Below, one piece after another: positions 45,435 through 54,990 of a DNA stretch of 64,000 nt. Numbering within the stretch: the stretch's first letter is position 1; each line of letters starts with the position of its first letter. The stretch is from Eubacteriales bacterium (lineage in GTDB: Bacteria > Bacillota > Clostridia > Oscillospirales > CAG-382), in contig JAZOTA010000045.1 in assembly GCA_045657425.1 (NCBI GenBank), positions 48,705-112,704 on the forward strand, written 5' to 3'. The notes under the pieces are model-generated. The model saw only the letters and a program-made list of their open reading frames with translations. It ran no database searches and was not told the origin of the DNA. Position numbers and translations under genes: made by a program.

Positions 45435-46544
45435 TTATATTGTTTTACAAAAGCTTTCAACCGTTTCGGCAATATAATCAACCTCGGCTTCGGTATTCTC
45501 GTGGGAGAGGGAGAAGCGTATGGATGATAATGCGTCTTCGTCGCTGATGTCCAAGGCTTTTAAAACACGGCTTGGTGTTTTGTCGTTTGAATTACAAGCC
45601 GCGCCCGTTGAAGCGCAAATGCCTTTTCCGTCAAGGTGCAAAAGCATCGCTTCGGCGCTTATTCCCTTGAACGTGAAATTGATTATGGCATCACTTCGGT
45701 TACCGCCGTTAAGCGTTGCGCCGTCAAGCTTTAAAATGCGGCTTGACAGACGTTTTGAAAGCTTGGATATATATTCCGCTCTTTCTTCAAGATGCGTACA
45801 AGCGTCTTTTAACGCGGCAGAGAGGGAAGCGATGCCGATTAAATTCTCGGTCCCTGCGCGGAGCTTGTTTTCCTGCGCACCGCCGAAAATCATCGGTCTT
45901 GCATTTATATCTCCGCGGACATAAAGCGCGCCAACACCCTGCATACCGCCGAATTTATGTGCCGAAAGCGAAAGCATACCGACGTTCATTTCATTAACGT
46001 CGATATTTAAATGCCCGACTGCCGCAACCGCATCGGTATGGAAAACAACGCCCTTTTCCTTGCAAAGCGCGCCGATTTCCTTAATCGGCTGAATCGTGCC
46101 GATTTCGTTGTTGACCGCCATAATGCTCACGATTGCGGTGTCGCTATTAATAAGCGATTTCAGCTCGTCAAGGTTAATAACCCCGTTTTTGTCAACACCG
46201 ACGGTTTTAATTTCAAAGCCGTGCTTTTCCAATTCAAGCGCGGTATTGAAAACCGAGCTATGCTCGATGCTTGAAATTATTATCCGTTTCTTGCCCGAAA
46301 GCGATGCAATATGAAGCGCCTGATTGTTTGCCTCGCTACCGCCCGACGTGAAAATCAAATTATCGTTTTCGTTTGCACCGAGCAGAACTTTAACAGTTTT
46401 GCGCGAATTTTTGATTATTTGCGATGCGGTAATACCAAGTTGGTGTGAGCTTGAAGCATTGCCGCAAAAATCAAGCAGGTCGGTAATTTCTTTCTTTGCC
46501 GCCTGACAAATTTTTGTTGTTGCGGCATTGTCAACGTAAATCAT
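45435..46544 (-). CDS. Cysteine desulfurase (class V aminotransferase, NifS/IscS-like)
   Basis: ..LSLSAHKFGGMQGVGALYVR.. (PLP lysine) and ..ASTGAACNS.. (catalytic Cys loop). Confidence 0.88.
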   Translation of the reverse strand: MIYVDNAATTKICQAAKKEITDLLDFCGNASSSHQLGITASQIIKNSRKTVKVLLGANENDNLIFTSGGSEANNQALHIASLSGKKRIIISSIEHSSVFNTALELEKHGFEIKTVGVDKNGVINLDELKSLINSDTAIVSIMAVNNEIGTIQPIKEIGALCKEKGVVFHTDAVAAVGHLNIDVNEMNVGMLSLSAHKFGGMQGVGALYVRGDINARPMIFGGAQENKLRAGTENLIGIASLSAALKDACTHLEERAEYISKLSKRLSSRILKLDGATLNGGNRSDAIINFTFKGISAEAMLLHLDGKGICASTGAACNSNDKTPSRVLKALDISDEDALSSIRFSLSHENTEAEVDYIAETVESFCKTI

Positions 46545-47380
46545 TATTTGTTAAGCAATTCGATAAGATAGGGAATCGCGGTTTCAAACTTTGCGCCGTA
46601 TTTATGGTTTTCATCGCCAATCGAGTTTTCGATGCAACGCAAGGTGTAATCTGCGGCAATGCGTGCGGATTCATATTCATCGTTACCACGAAGAAGCGCA
46701 CCCGAAAAAGCACTTGCAAAAATATCGCCGGTGCCGTGTGTGCCTTGCTTGAAGCGGCGGTGAGTGTAGTATTCGATTTTATCGCCTATCTTAATTACAA
46801 CGCCCGTGGTTTCGTCGTCATATCCGATGCCCGTAAGCACGATATTCTTCATACCGTCCTTTTCAAGCGCATCGAGAATGTTCATAACGTAAGCTTCGTC
46901 GTATTTTTCCTTATATTCAACGCCCGTGATAAAGCACGCTTCGGTTATGTTGGGGATAACGATATCGGCATTGCGGCAAAGACGCGCCATTTCACTTGCA
47001 TAAACCTCGTCAAAGCCGTAATAAAGCTTGCCGTTATCAGCCATTGCAGGGTCGACTATTTTAACGCACTTCTTTTTCGCAGAGAATGCGTTGAAAATAT
47101 CGGTCACCATATCGATTTGCTTAACAGAACCGAGATAACCCGTGTAGATAGCATCGAAATCAATGCCTTCCTTTTGCCAGTGCTCGGAAATTTTGGGAAT
47201 ATCGTCCGAAAGGTCGCGGAAGGTAAAGTCGGTAAATCCGCCCGTGTGGGTGGAAAGCACCGCTGAGGGGAGAATGACTGTTTCAACACCGCAAGCCGAA
47301 AGAATGGGCAATGCTACGGTAAGCGAGCATTGACCGAAGCAGGAAATGTCCTGAATCGTTAAAATTCTTTTATAGTCCAT
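46544..47380 (-). CDS. pdxK: Pyridoxal/pyridoxamine kinase
   Basis: ..ILTIQDISCFGQCSLTVALPILSACG.. and ..DPAMADNGKLY..GTGDIFAS.. are ribokinase-fold PdxK motifs. Confidence 0.85.
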   Translation of the reverse strand: MDYKRILTIQDISCFGQCSLTVALPILSACGVETVILPSAVLSTHTGGFTDFTFRDLSDDIPKISEHWQKEGIDFDAIYTGYLGSVKQIDMVTDIFNAFSAKKKCVKIVDPAMADNGKLYYGFDEVYASEMARLCRNADIVIPNITEACFITGVEYKEKYDEAYVMNILDALEKDGMKNIVLTGIGYDDETTGVVIKIGDKIEYYTHRRFKQGTHGTGDIFASAFSGALLRGNDEYESARIAADYTLRCIENSIGDENHKYGAKFETAIPYLIELLNK

Positions 47381-47392
47381 ATTTTAAACCTC

Positions 47393-48322
47393 TCATTCAA
47401 ACAAAGGCGTTGAAAGATATCTGTCGCCTCTATCGGGTAATAATACAACGACGGTTTTGCCTTTGTTTTCATCGCGCTTGGCAACTTCAATAGCCGCGTG
47501 AAGCGCCGCGCCCGAGGAGATACCTGCAAGTATTCCTTCCTTTTTTGCAAGCATTCGAGCCGCATTATAGGATTCTTCCTCGGTAACGCAAATTATTTCG
47601 TCGATAACGCTCAAATCAAGCACACTCGGTACAAAGCCTGCGCCGATGCCCTGAATACCGTGCGCGCCTGCTTTTCCGCCCGAAAGGATGGGAGAATTGC
47701 TCGGCTCGACGGCAATAATCTGCACGTTTTCGTTTTGCTCCTTTAAATATCTGCCGACGCCCGTGATAGTTCCGCCCGTACCGACACCGGCAACGAAAAT
47801 ATCAACGCTTTCGTCGCAATCGCGGTAAAGCTCGGGCGCGGTCGTTTCGTAATGCGCAAGAGCGTTCGCTTTATTGTTGAACTGGTCGGGGATATAGCTG
47901 TTTTCGATTTGCGCTTTAAGCTCGTTTGCCTTTTCGATGCATCCCGACATACCCAATTTTCCGTCGGTAAGCACCAATTCGGCGCCATATGCCGTCATAA
48001 GCTTTTTGCGCTCCTCCGACATATTATCGGGCATAACGATAATAACTCTGTACCCTCTCGGTACTGCAATCGCCGCCAAGGCGATACCCGTGTTGCCGCT
48101 TGTCGGCTCGATTAACGTTGCGCCTTTTTTTATAAGACCGTTCTTTTCCGCGTACTCGATCATATAAAGTGCGGCGCGGTCCTTTGCAGAGCCTGCAGGG
48201 TTTGCGCCCTCGACCTTTGCGATAAGACGGGCGGAAAGCGAAAATTCGTTTTCGATATTTTTAAGCTCAATCGACGGAGTTTCGCCGACCGTTTCGGTTG
48301 AATTGTTAAAGGTAAGTATCAT
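47393..48322 (-). CDS. cysK: Cysteine synthase A (O-acetylserine sulfhydrylase)
   Basis: ..NPAGSAKDRAA.. (PLP lysine), ..EPTSGNTGIALA.. and ..GVGTGGTITG... Confidence 0.93.
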   Translation of the reverse strand: MILTFNNSTETVGETPSIELKNIENEFSLSARLIAKVEGANPAGSAKDRAALYMIEYAEKNGLIKKGATLIEPTSGNTGIALAAIAVPRGYRVIIVMPDNMSEERKKLMTAYGAELVLTDGKLGMSGCIEKANELKAQIENSYIPDQFNNKANALAHYETTAPELYRDCDESVDIFVAGVGTGGTITGVGRYLKEQNENVQIIAVEPSNSPILSGGKAGAHGIQGIGAGFVPSVLDLSVIDEIICVTEEESYNAARMLAKKEGILAGISSGAALHAAIEVAKRDENKGKTVVVLLPDRGDRYLSTPLFE

Positions 48323-48328
48323 TTTTAA

Positions 48329-49333
48329 TTAAAGCAGATGAATTTCGTTTTCTCTGCAGATCTCCATATCCTTTTCTTCCCAACGGGAGGATTGAACCTC
48401 ACCGATGTGCGCCTTGCGGAGGAAGAACATACACATTCTCGACTGACCGATACCGCCGCCCATTGTAAGCGGAAGCTTATTTTCAAGCAATGCCTTGTGG
48501 AAGGGGAGCGAAGCGCGATCGGTACAACCCGAAATTTCAAGCTGTGCTTTAAGTGTTTCGGAGTCAACACGGATACCCATCGAGGAAAGCTCAAGCGCAA
48601 TGTCGAGCACGGGGTAATAAACGAGAATGTCGCCGTTTAACGACCAATCGTCATAGTCGGGCGCGCGTCCGTCGTGCTTGTTGCCCGATTTAAGCTTGCC
48701 GCCTATCTGCATAAGGAAAACGGCGCCGTGCTTTTTAGCGGCTTCGTATTCGCGTTGCTTGGGTGTGAGGTCGGGATATTCGTCCTCAAGCTCCTGCGCG
48801 GTGATAAAGGCGATTTTTTCGGGGAGTAATCTGCCCAAAAACGGATAATCGTATGCGATATATATTTCGGTGTGGATAAGTGCGGTGTATATCTGTTTAA
48901 CGGCGCGCTTCAAGGTATCGAAGCAGCGTTGCTCGGGGGTAATCACCTTTTCCCAGTCCCATTGGTCAACGTAAACCGAATGGATATTGTCGGTATCCTC
49001 ATCGCGGCGTATCGCGCTCATATCGGTGTAAAGTCCCTCGCCCGGCTCAAAGCCGTAAGCGTCAAGCGCCATTCTCTTCCATTTCGCAAGCGACTGAACG
49101 ATTTCGTTGTTGCCGTTCATTCCCTTGATGTCGAATGCAACGGGACGCTCAACACCGTTGAGGTTATCGTTAAGACCGCTGTCCGCATCAACGAAAAGGG
49201 GTGCGGAAACACGGGTGAGGTTAAGCTGAATTGCAAGGTCGCGCTCGAAAAAGTCTTTTACCTTTTTAATCGCAACCTCGGTCTGACGGATATTTAAAGC
49301 GGGCTTGTAGCCCTTCGGCACTGTAACAGACAT
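48329..49333 (-). CDS. asnA: Aspartate--ammonia ligase (asparagine synthetase A)
   Basis: ..SLAKWKRMAL.. and ..HSVYVDQWDWEKVI..GGGIGQSRMCMF.. are AsnA signatures. Confidence 0.93.
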   Translation of the reverse strand: MSVTVPKGYKPALNIRQTEVAIKKVKDFFERDLAIQLNLTRVSAPLFVDADSGLNDNLNGVERPVAFDIKGMNGNNEIVQSLAKWKRMALDAYGFEPGEGLYTDMSAIRRDEDTDNIHSVYVDQWDWEKVITPEQRCFDTLKRAVKQIYTALIHTEIYIAYDYPFLGRLLPEKIAFITAQELEDEYPDLTPKQREYEAAKKHGAVFLMQIGGKLKSGNKHDGRAPDYDDWSLNGDILVYYPVLDIALELSSMGIRVDSETLKAQLEISGCTDRASLPFHKALLENKLPLTMGGGIGQSRMCMFFLRKAHIGEVQSSRWEEKDMEICRENEIHLL

Positions 49334-49339
49334 AATTTA

Positions 49340-50149
49340 TTATCCCTTTGTTTTTTGTGATTTGTGTTTTTCGCTTCTGCTTTTAAGCTTTTCGAGTATC
49401 TTTTTGTAAAGCAACAAGCCGATGACCGAAACCGTGCCCGTAATGGCAAAAAGCAGTATCGCGCCGAGATAGTTTTTATTAACCAGAAATTCACCGCCGA
49501 TCGTTGACGTTACAATCGACGGGATTCTTGCAAGAGTTGAAATAACGACGAAATTGGAAATTTTGATTTTTGTAAGTCCAAAGAAGAATATAAGCGGATC
49601 CTTGGGCGTGCCGGGGATAAGATAAAGCAGGAAAACGAAGGTCGAGAGCTTTTTTTCGTTGTTGATGAACTTAAGCTCGTTTATCTTTTCCAACGGTACG
49701 AAAAGCTCAACCGCGCGAACACCGAGCTTTTTAACAAACAGCATTATCAATGCCGCCGCCAGAGCGCCGCCGAGCAGACACAAAACCGTGCCGCCGAGCC
49801 AGCCGAAGCAAAGTCCCATTCCGACCTCGACAAATTCGCCCGGTATCGGAGAAACGACGACCTGAAGAACCTGAATGCCGAATGCAACCGCCCAACCCCA
49901 GCTTCCGTAGCTTTGAATAAGTGCTTTGAAGTTCTTGGCAGTGTCTTCAATTCCGCCGTCGCTTTCAAGCGATTGGAATATTACTTTTGTAAGATATATC
50001 GCCAACCAAACGAACAAAGCAACCGCAATCAGCACCGAAACAAGCGCGATTATCCTTTTGCGCTTTTCAAGCCGTGACTTATGATTTTTTAACTCCGAAG
50101 CGCTTGCCTCGGTAATTCCCGTTTTTTCCGGTTCTATGTTTTTATTCAT
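49340..50149 (-). CDS. TVP38/TMEM64 (DedA-related, SNARE-associated) family membrane protein
   Basis: ..VVSPIPGEFV.. motif and 5-6 TMs. The start is set at MNKNIEP, after AGAGGA. Confidence 0.75.
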   Translation of the reverse strand: MNKNIEPEKTGITEASASELKNHKSRLEKRKRIIALVSVLIAVALFVWLAIYLTKVIFQSLESDGGIEDTAKNFKALIQSYGSWGWAVAFGIQVLQVVVSPIPGEFVEVGMGLCFGWLGGTVLCLLGGALAAALIMLFVKKLGVRAVELFVPLEKINELKFINNEKKLSTFVFLLYLIPGTPKDPLIFFFGLTKIKISNFVVISTLARIPSIVTSTIGGEFLVNKNYLGAILLFAITGTVSVIGLLLYKKILEKLKSRSEKHKSQKTKG

Positions 50150-50186
50150 TAAGTCCTCTTGGAAGTACAAATTTATACATTATAAG

Positions 50187-50215
50187 ATTATACTCTTGCT
50201 TTAATGACTTGTCAA
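50187..50215 (-). promoter_or_regulatory. Perfect-consensus sigma-A promoter driving TVP38-asnA-cysK-pdxK-desulfurase
   Basis: On the minus strand: TTGACA (50215-50210), a 17-nt spacer, then TATAAT (50192-50187). Confidence 0.7.
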
Positions 50216-50240
50216 TAAAAAAGCATACAAAATAACGTGT

Positions 50241-52598
50241 TCAGCGCTTATTTTTGCAATTTTTGGCAAGCTTTGTTCTCGTTTCGATATCGGGCAGTCC
50301 CGTCGGCTCAAGTCCTTGATCTAATTGCCACGCCGCAAGCGCTTTGCGTGTTTTCAAGCCGAACATCGGTCCGTTGCCGACGTTTATTCCGTTTTGCTTC
50401 ATAATTTGCTTAAGCTCGCCCACTTTGACGTGCTCGTCGTGTGTGCTTTGCAATTGAACCGATGCCGTTACCGATGAAGGATTTGCCCCTTGCAGACAGC
50501 CGTTTTCGACTGCGGCATAAATATAGTTTACAAGCAGCCAGGTGCTTTCATTGACCGTTCCCGTTTCGGTCAGACCGAAAACCCTCTGCAGTGCAGAAAC
50601 ACTTGCTTTGGTTGCCGAGCCGTAAAGACCGTCTACAGTAAGCTGACCGATATAGGGAATTGCCGTGTAAATGCGGTTGATTCGCTCTTGGATATATCTG
50701 ACGTTTTCACCGTTGCTTCCAACCGTAAGCGTCGTACCTGCAAAATCACGCACGTTTTCGCTGTTAGCGGTTGCAAAAATACAGTTTCGCACTACGGTAA
50801 GGTAAATTTCGTTAATTTTGTTCCAAAGCGCGTTGTCGATACCGCCGCTTGCGTTATATCCGAAAAGGGTGGCAAATTCGGTCACAGCGTTCTGCGTTTC
50901 TGTACCGTAAATGCCGTCGGTAACAAGCTCGGGTATGGTTAAAAATACGTTGTTTATCACGTTTAAGGTTTCTTGGATATATTTTACGTATTCGCCTTGC
51001 GCGCCTGCCGAAACAATAAATCCGGGGTAGGGTATGGTATTAAGTGAACTTTCGGGCTCCTGCACGTTATCGAGCGTGCCGTTATAAACCGAAACGATTG
51101 ACGTCCAAGTCCGTTCGTCAACGGTTCCCGTCGGCTCAAGCCCGTATGCGTTTTGGAAGGAGATGACCGCGCGTTGCGTATCGCCGCCGAAAATACCGTC
51201 GAGTGTGGGGCTTTGAACCACTGAATTAAATCGGCTTATCCTTTGCAGATAAAATTGAATTTCCTGAACCTCCGAGCCACGTGAATAAAGCTTTAGCGGA
51301 CTTCCCGGGTATAGCTGTTGATTGTAGGCGGCGCGCTGTCCCTCGCTTGTCAATTCACCCAAACGCTTCACCGAGGCGTAAATTTGCGAGATTCGATACC
51401 AAGTCGCGCGGTCGACGCTTCCGCTTATCGGAAGTATGAAAAGCCGTTGGAAGGCTTCGACCGTTTCTTGAGTTCGGGCATCGTAAATGCCGTTTACTGT
51501 AATTAACGGCAATTGCGGAAAATTGATTGCGATTCGGTTCAATTGCTCCTGAAGTATCCTCACGTCCTCGCTTTGTGTACCAAGAGTAAGCGGTGTGCCG
51601 GGGTAGGATTCCTCGGGCGTGCGGATATCGTTGGTTTCGGCAATATTGATATCGCCGTAGTAAAAGCCGAGTATATCCTCGCTTGTTTGTCCGTCATTTG
51701 CCAAGGCGACCGTTCCCCATTGCGAAAGCCCTGCACAGGTGGTTGTCGTGCCGTTGCAATAGGAGGCAAAAAGAGGAGAAACGGTATTAGGGCGTACGAT
51801 GTACTGATTGAAAATTTCGTCAGCCACCTCGCTTGTTTCGTCGAAAATGTTTCTTCCGTAAACAAATGCTTGGTCGAATGCGGTTGAGCTTGTTATATCG
51901 AAATCATAGCCTCGGCTTCTGTACCATTCGGTATATATTCGGTTAAGTGCAAGAGATATCTGCGCGGTTATATTTGCCTTTAACGACTGACGGGGCCAAG
52001 TGGGATAAATTTCACTGCTCGCCACGTTCTTTATGTAGTCGATGAAGGGCAGTGTGACGTTTTGCGCGGGCTCGTCGGGCGCTCCGAGGTGTACCGTTAT
52101 CGTTTCGGGGATAAAAACGCCTTCTCCGATAATTATTGCCGGAATCGCGTTTTGCTTGATTATTTGCGATACCGTCGGCGCAACACCCGAGGAGGGGCCG
52201 TCGGTGCGTAAAATATGCTCGGGAATTTGTATAACAATCGTTCTTTCGTCATCGGGATTCGTAACCCCTTCGGGAAGCGGAATCAACTGTATCGGCAGAT
52301 GCGTGTCGCTCCCCTCAAACAGCTGTACTCCATCGATTTCGGTTTTAAAACTGCCCTCGGCACGGATAATTACGTTGTAAAGTGAATAGGGAAGCGGCGT
52401 TGCGATATCGCTGTCGAGTGAAAGGCTTTTAGGCGGAGCTTCAAGCGTAGCAGTGCGTGAAACACCGCTGTTTGCAGATGTGAGAAATTCATAAAAAACC
52501 GTTTCGTTTCGTTGATTGGTTACGGTTATCGAACCGCTGTTGATGGGCAACGCGCCCGTCGCAGTGCGTAAAACAACAATAAGATTACCTGTCGGCAT
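50241..52598 (-). CDS. SleC-like putative spore cortex-lytic enzyme with five tandem PG_binding_1 repeats
   Basis: 785 aa with no signal peptide. The core ..DYIKNVASSEIYPTWPRQSLKANITAQISLALNRIYTEWYRSRGYDFDITSSTAFDQ.. matches my recollection of the clostridial SleC catalytic region. It is followed by five repeats of about 70 aa of the type ..G..V..IQ..LN.I......L..DGI.G..T..AV..FQ...GL...G.VD..TW... Confidence 0.6.
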   Translation of the reverse strand: MPTGNLIVVLRTATGALPINSGSITVTNQRNETVFYEFLTSANSGVSRTATLEAPPKSLSLDSDIATPLPYSLYNVIIRAEGSFKTEIDGVQLFEGSDTHLPIQLIPLPEGVTNPDDERTIVIQIPEHILRTDGPSSGVAPTVSQIIKQNAIPAIIIGEGVFIPETITVHLGAPDEPAQNVTLPFIDYIKNVASSEIYPTWPRQSLKANITAQISLALNRIYTEWYRSRGYDFDITSSTAFDQAFVYGRNIFDETSEVADEIFNQYIVRPNTVSPLFASYCNGTTTTCAGLSQWGTVALANDGQTSEDILGFYYGDINIAETNDIRTPEESYPGTPLTLGTQSEDVRILQEQLNRIAINFPQLPLITVNGIYDARTQETVEAFQRLFILPISGSVDRATWYRISQIYASVKRLGELTSEGQRAAYNQQLYPGSPLKLYSRGSEVQEIQFYLQRISRFNSVVQSPTLDGIFGGDTQRAVISFQNAYGLEPTGTVDERTWTSIVSVYNGTLDNVQEPESSLNTIPYPGFIVSAGAQGEYVKYIQETLNVINNVFLTIPELVTDGIYGTETQNAVTEFATLFGYNASGGIDNALWNKINEIYLTVVRNCIFATANSENVRDFAGTTLTVGSNGENVRYIQERINRIYTAIPYIGQLTVDGLYGSATKASVSALQRVFGLTETGTVNESTWLLVNYIYAAVENGCLQGANPSSVTASVQLQSTHDEHVKVGELKQIMKQNGINVGNGPMFGLKTRKALAAWQLDQGLEPTGLPDIETRTKLAKNCKNKR

Positions 52599-52700
52599 AA
52601 AACATCACCCTTTGTAAGTACTCTTTGACAGTATATGCAAACGGGCAGAGTATAAGTAAAAAAGGACTGCGAAATGAGGGAACGAATATAAATAATTTGT

Positions 52701-52721
52701 TTTAACCTATTTTAGGTTAAA
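52701..52721. promoter_or_regulatory. Perfect 9-bp inverted repeat TTTAACCTA-TTT-TAGGTTAAA in a divergent intergenic region (candidate operator)
   Basis: Read directly. It lies between the SleC-like gene (-) and the 88-aa ORF (+). Confidence 0.35.
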
Positions 52722-52786
52722 TGTCACTATCCGTTAATCAATAAGTTATAATATTTAAAAATGTCATATAACACACGGAGCTTCTT

Positions 52787-53053
52787 ATGAAAAAAACAAT
52801 AATGAATTTATGGAACGGAGACGTTATTCCCGTTGAACACAGCGGAGAGGATAACGAAATAATAAAAAGCGAAGTCGGCAAGATCGAAAAGACGGTAAAC
52901 AGTATTGAAAAGCTTCTTAATCAGGAGCAATTAACCTTGTTGCACGATTTGATCGATCATTACGAGAACTATATGTCGATGGTAGCAGAGCAGGCGTTTT
53001 GCGACGGCTTTTGTTATGCATACAGGTTGTCTGCAGAGGCATTGACGGACTAA
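52787..53053 (+). CDS. Small hypothetical protein (88 aa)
   Basis: GGAG RBS. Helical and acidic, with a C-terminal ..FCDGFCYAYRL... No assignable function. Confidence 0.5.
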   Translation: MKKTIMNLWNGDVIPVEHSGEDNEIIKSEVGKIEKTVNSIEKLLNQEQLTLLHDLIDHYENYMSMVAEQAFCDGFCYAYRLSAEALTD

Positions 53054-53054
53054 T

Positions 53055-53090
53055 AAAAAAGAAGACTTCGCTACGAAGTCTTCTTCTGTT
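53055..53090. terminator. Bidirectional intrinsic terminator
   Basis: AAGAAGACTTCG / CGAAGTCTTCTT stem with loop CTA, an A-run upstream and T-rich sequence downstream. Confidence 0.75.
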
Positions 53091-53091
53091 A

Positions 53092-54975
53092 TTATTTCGA
53101 AAGCAACGCTTTGTCCTGTTGGAGCTTATAAAGCTCGTAATATCTGCCTTGCTTTTCCAAAAGCTCTTGGTGGCTTCCGCTTTCGATGATTTCGCCGTGG
53201 GAGAGATAGATTATTCTGTCGGCATTGCGAATGGTCGAAAGTCGGTGGGCAACTATCAAAAGCGTGCCGATATTCATCAATTTTTCAAGCGAATCCTGAA
53301 TAAGAATTTCGGTTTCGGTGTCGATATTTGCCGTTGCCTCGTCAAGAATCATAATTTCGGGCTTGTGGATTATTGTTCTCGCAAAGGAAATAAGCTGTCG
53401 CTGACCTGCCGAGAAGTTTGCACCGCGCTCCATAACCTCCTCGTCAAGCCCCTTGGGAAGCTTTTCGATAAGCTTGTCGGCATTGACGTATTTACACGCC
53501 TCGTTTACCTCGTCGTCGCAAACATTTTCCTTGCGAAGCAGGATATTCGAGCGTATCGTACCCGAAAACAGAAATACGTCTTGGAGCATCTGACCGAAAT
53601 GCTTGCGTAAGGAAGCGATTTTTATTTTGCGGATATCGATTCCGTCGATAAGAATTTCGCCCTTTTGTATGTCGTAATTTCGGCAGATAAGCGAAAGAAT
53701 CGTTGTTTTGCCCGAGCCCGTCGAGCCGCAGAAGGCAACCGTTTCGCCTGCTTTTACCTTAAACGAAACGTCCTTAAGCACCCATTCCTCGCCCTCGTAT
53801 GCAAACCACACGTTGCGGAATTCGATATTGCCCTCAACCGTTTCCAATTCGATTGCATCGTCGGCATCAACGATTTCGGGCTTGATATCCATGACCGTAA
53901 ATATCTTTTCCGCCGATGCGAAAGCCGATTGCAGCCAGTTGAATTGCTCGGCAAGTGATTGAATCGGGTTGAAGAATTTCGTGATATACATATAAAACGA
54001 AACAAGCACACCGCTTGAAATGGTTTGACCCAAAAATTCGATGTTCTTAATATATCCGCGGCCGCCCAAATACAAAAGGCACAAAACCGAGGTGATATAA
54101 AGCATATAAATTATGGGACGGAAAATGCCGAAAACGAAAATCTGGCGGTGCTTTGCAGATTTGAGCTTGTTGTTTTTGGCGTTGAATTCCGCCATTTTGC
54201 GGTCTTCGCGGTTGAATATCTGGATTATTTTCATTCCCGAAAGGTTTTCGGAAAGGAAGGTGTTGATATCGGTCGTGCCGTCCTTTACCTCGCGGTATGC
54301 CTTGCGCGAGAATTTGCGGAAAATGACCGTAAACAGCGCAATAAACGGGGCGAAGCAAAGCACCATAAGCGTCAATCCGTAATTGAGCAGAAGCATCGCG
54401 CCGATAACGCCGAAGATGACGAAAACGTTCTTTAAAAGGTTGACAAGAATGTTGGTAAACAGCATCGATATCGCGTTCGTATCGTTTGTAACGCGTGTTA
54501 CAAGCTTGCCGACGGGAATTGTGTTAAGCTGACCGTGTGAAAGCGATTCGATATGGATAAAAAGATCCTCGCGCAGTGCCGAAAGAATTTTTTGTCCCGT
54601 TTTTTGCAAAATTATCGCTTGCAAATAGGTAGAAACAAGCGAAACGATAAGGATACCTGCGTAAACGATAACGTAGCTTATAAGCTCGCTCGGCATAAAA
54701 TCGCCCTTTATCTTTTCCTCGATATTACCCACAAGAGTAGGGGAGATGATATCGTAGGAAATCGAAAAAAGCATTATTAAAAACACGGCGACAAAGCTTT
54801 TCGCGTGGGGCTTGGCATAAACGAACAGGCGCTTGATAAGCTCGGAATCCTTCATGTTTCGGTCGAAGCCGATTGCTTCCTTGCGGTCCTTTATCGAACA
54901 GAACGCAATAATGAATATTGCCGACATCAAGCCGATAACACCGCCGACGACTAACAAGGGATAAAATTCATACAT
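53092..54975 (-). CDS. ABC transporter, fused permease/ATPase (type I exporter half-transporter)
   Basis: 6-TM domain plus NBD: GSTGSGKTT, LSAGQRQL and ILDEATA. Confidence 0.9.
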   Translation of the reverse strand: MYEFYPLLVVGGVIGLMSAIFIIAFCSIKDRKEAIGFDRNMKDSELIKRLFVYAKPHAKSFVAVFLIMLFSISYDIISPTLVGNIEEKIKGDFMPSELISYVIVYAGILIVSLVSTYLQAIILQKTGQKILSALREDLFIHIESLSHGQLNTIPVGKLVTRVTNDTNAISMLFTNILVNLLKNVFVIFGVIGAMLLLNYGLTLMVLCFAPFIALFTVIFRKFSRKAYREVKDGTTDINTFLSENLSGMKIIQIFNREDRKMAEFNAKNNKLKSAKHRQIFVFGIFRPIIYMLYITSVLCLLYLGGRGYIKNIEFLGQTISSGVLVSFYMYITKFFNPIQSLAEQFNWLQSAFASAEKIFTVMDIKPEIVDADDAIELETVEGNIEFRNVWFAYEGEEWVLKDVSFKVKAGETVAFCGSTGSGKTTILSLICRNYDIQKGEILIDGIDIRKIKIASLRKHFGQMLQDVFLFSGTIRSNILLRKENVCDDEVNEACKYVNADKLIEKLPKGLDEEVMERGANFSAGQRQLISFARTIIHKPEIMILDEATANIDTETEILIQDSLEKLMNIGTLLIVAHRLSTIRNADRIIYLSHGEIIESGSHQELLEKQGRYYELYKLQQDKALLSK

Positions 54976-54990
54976 ATTCGTTTACCCCCT

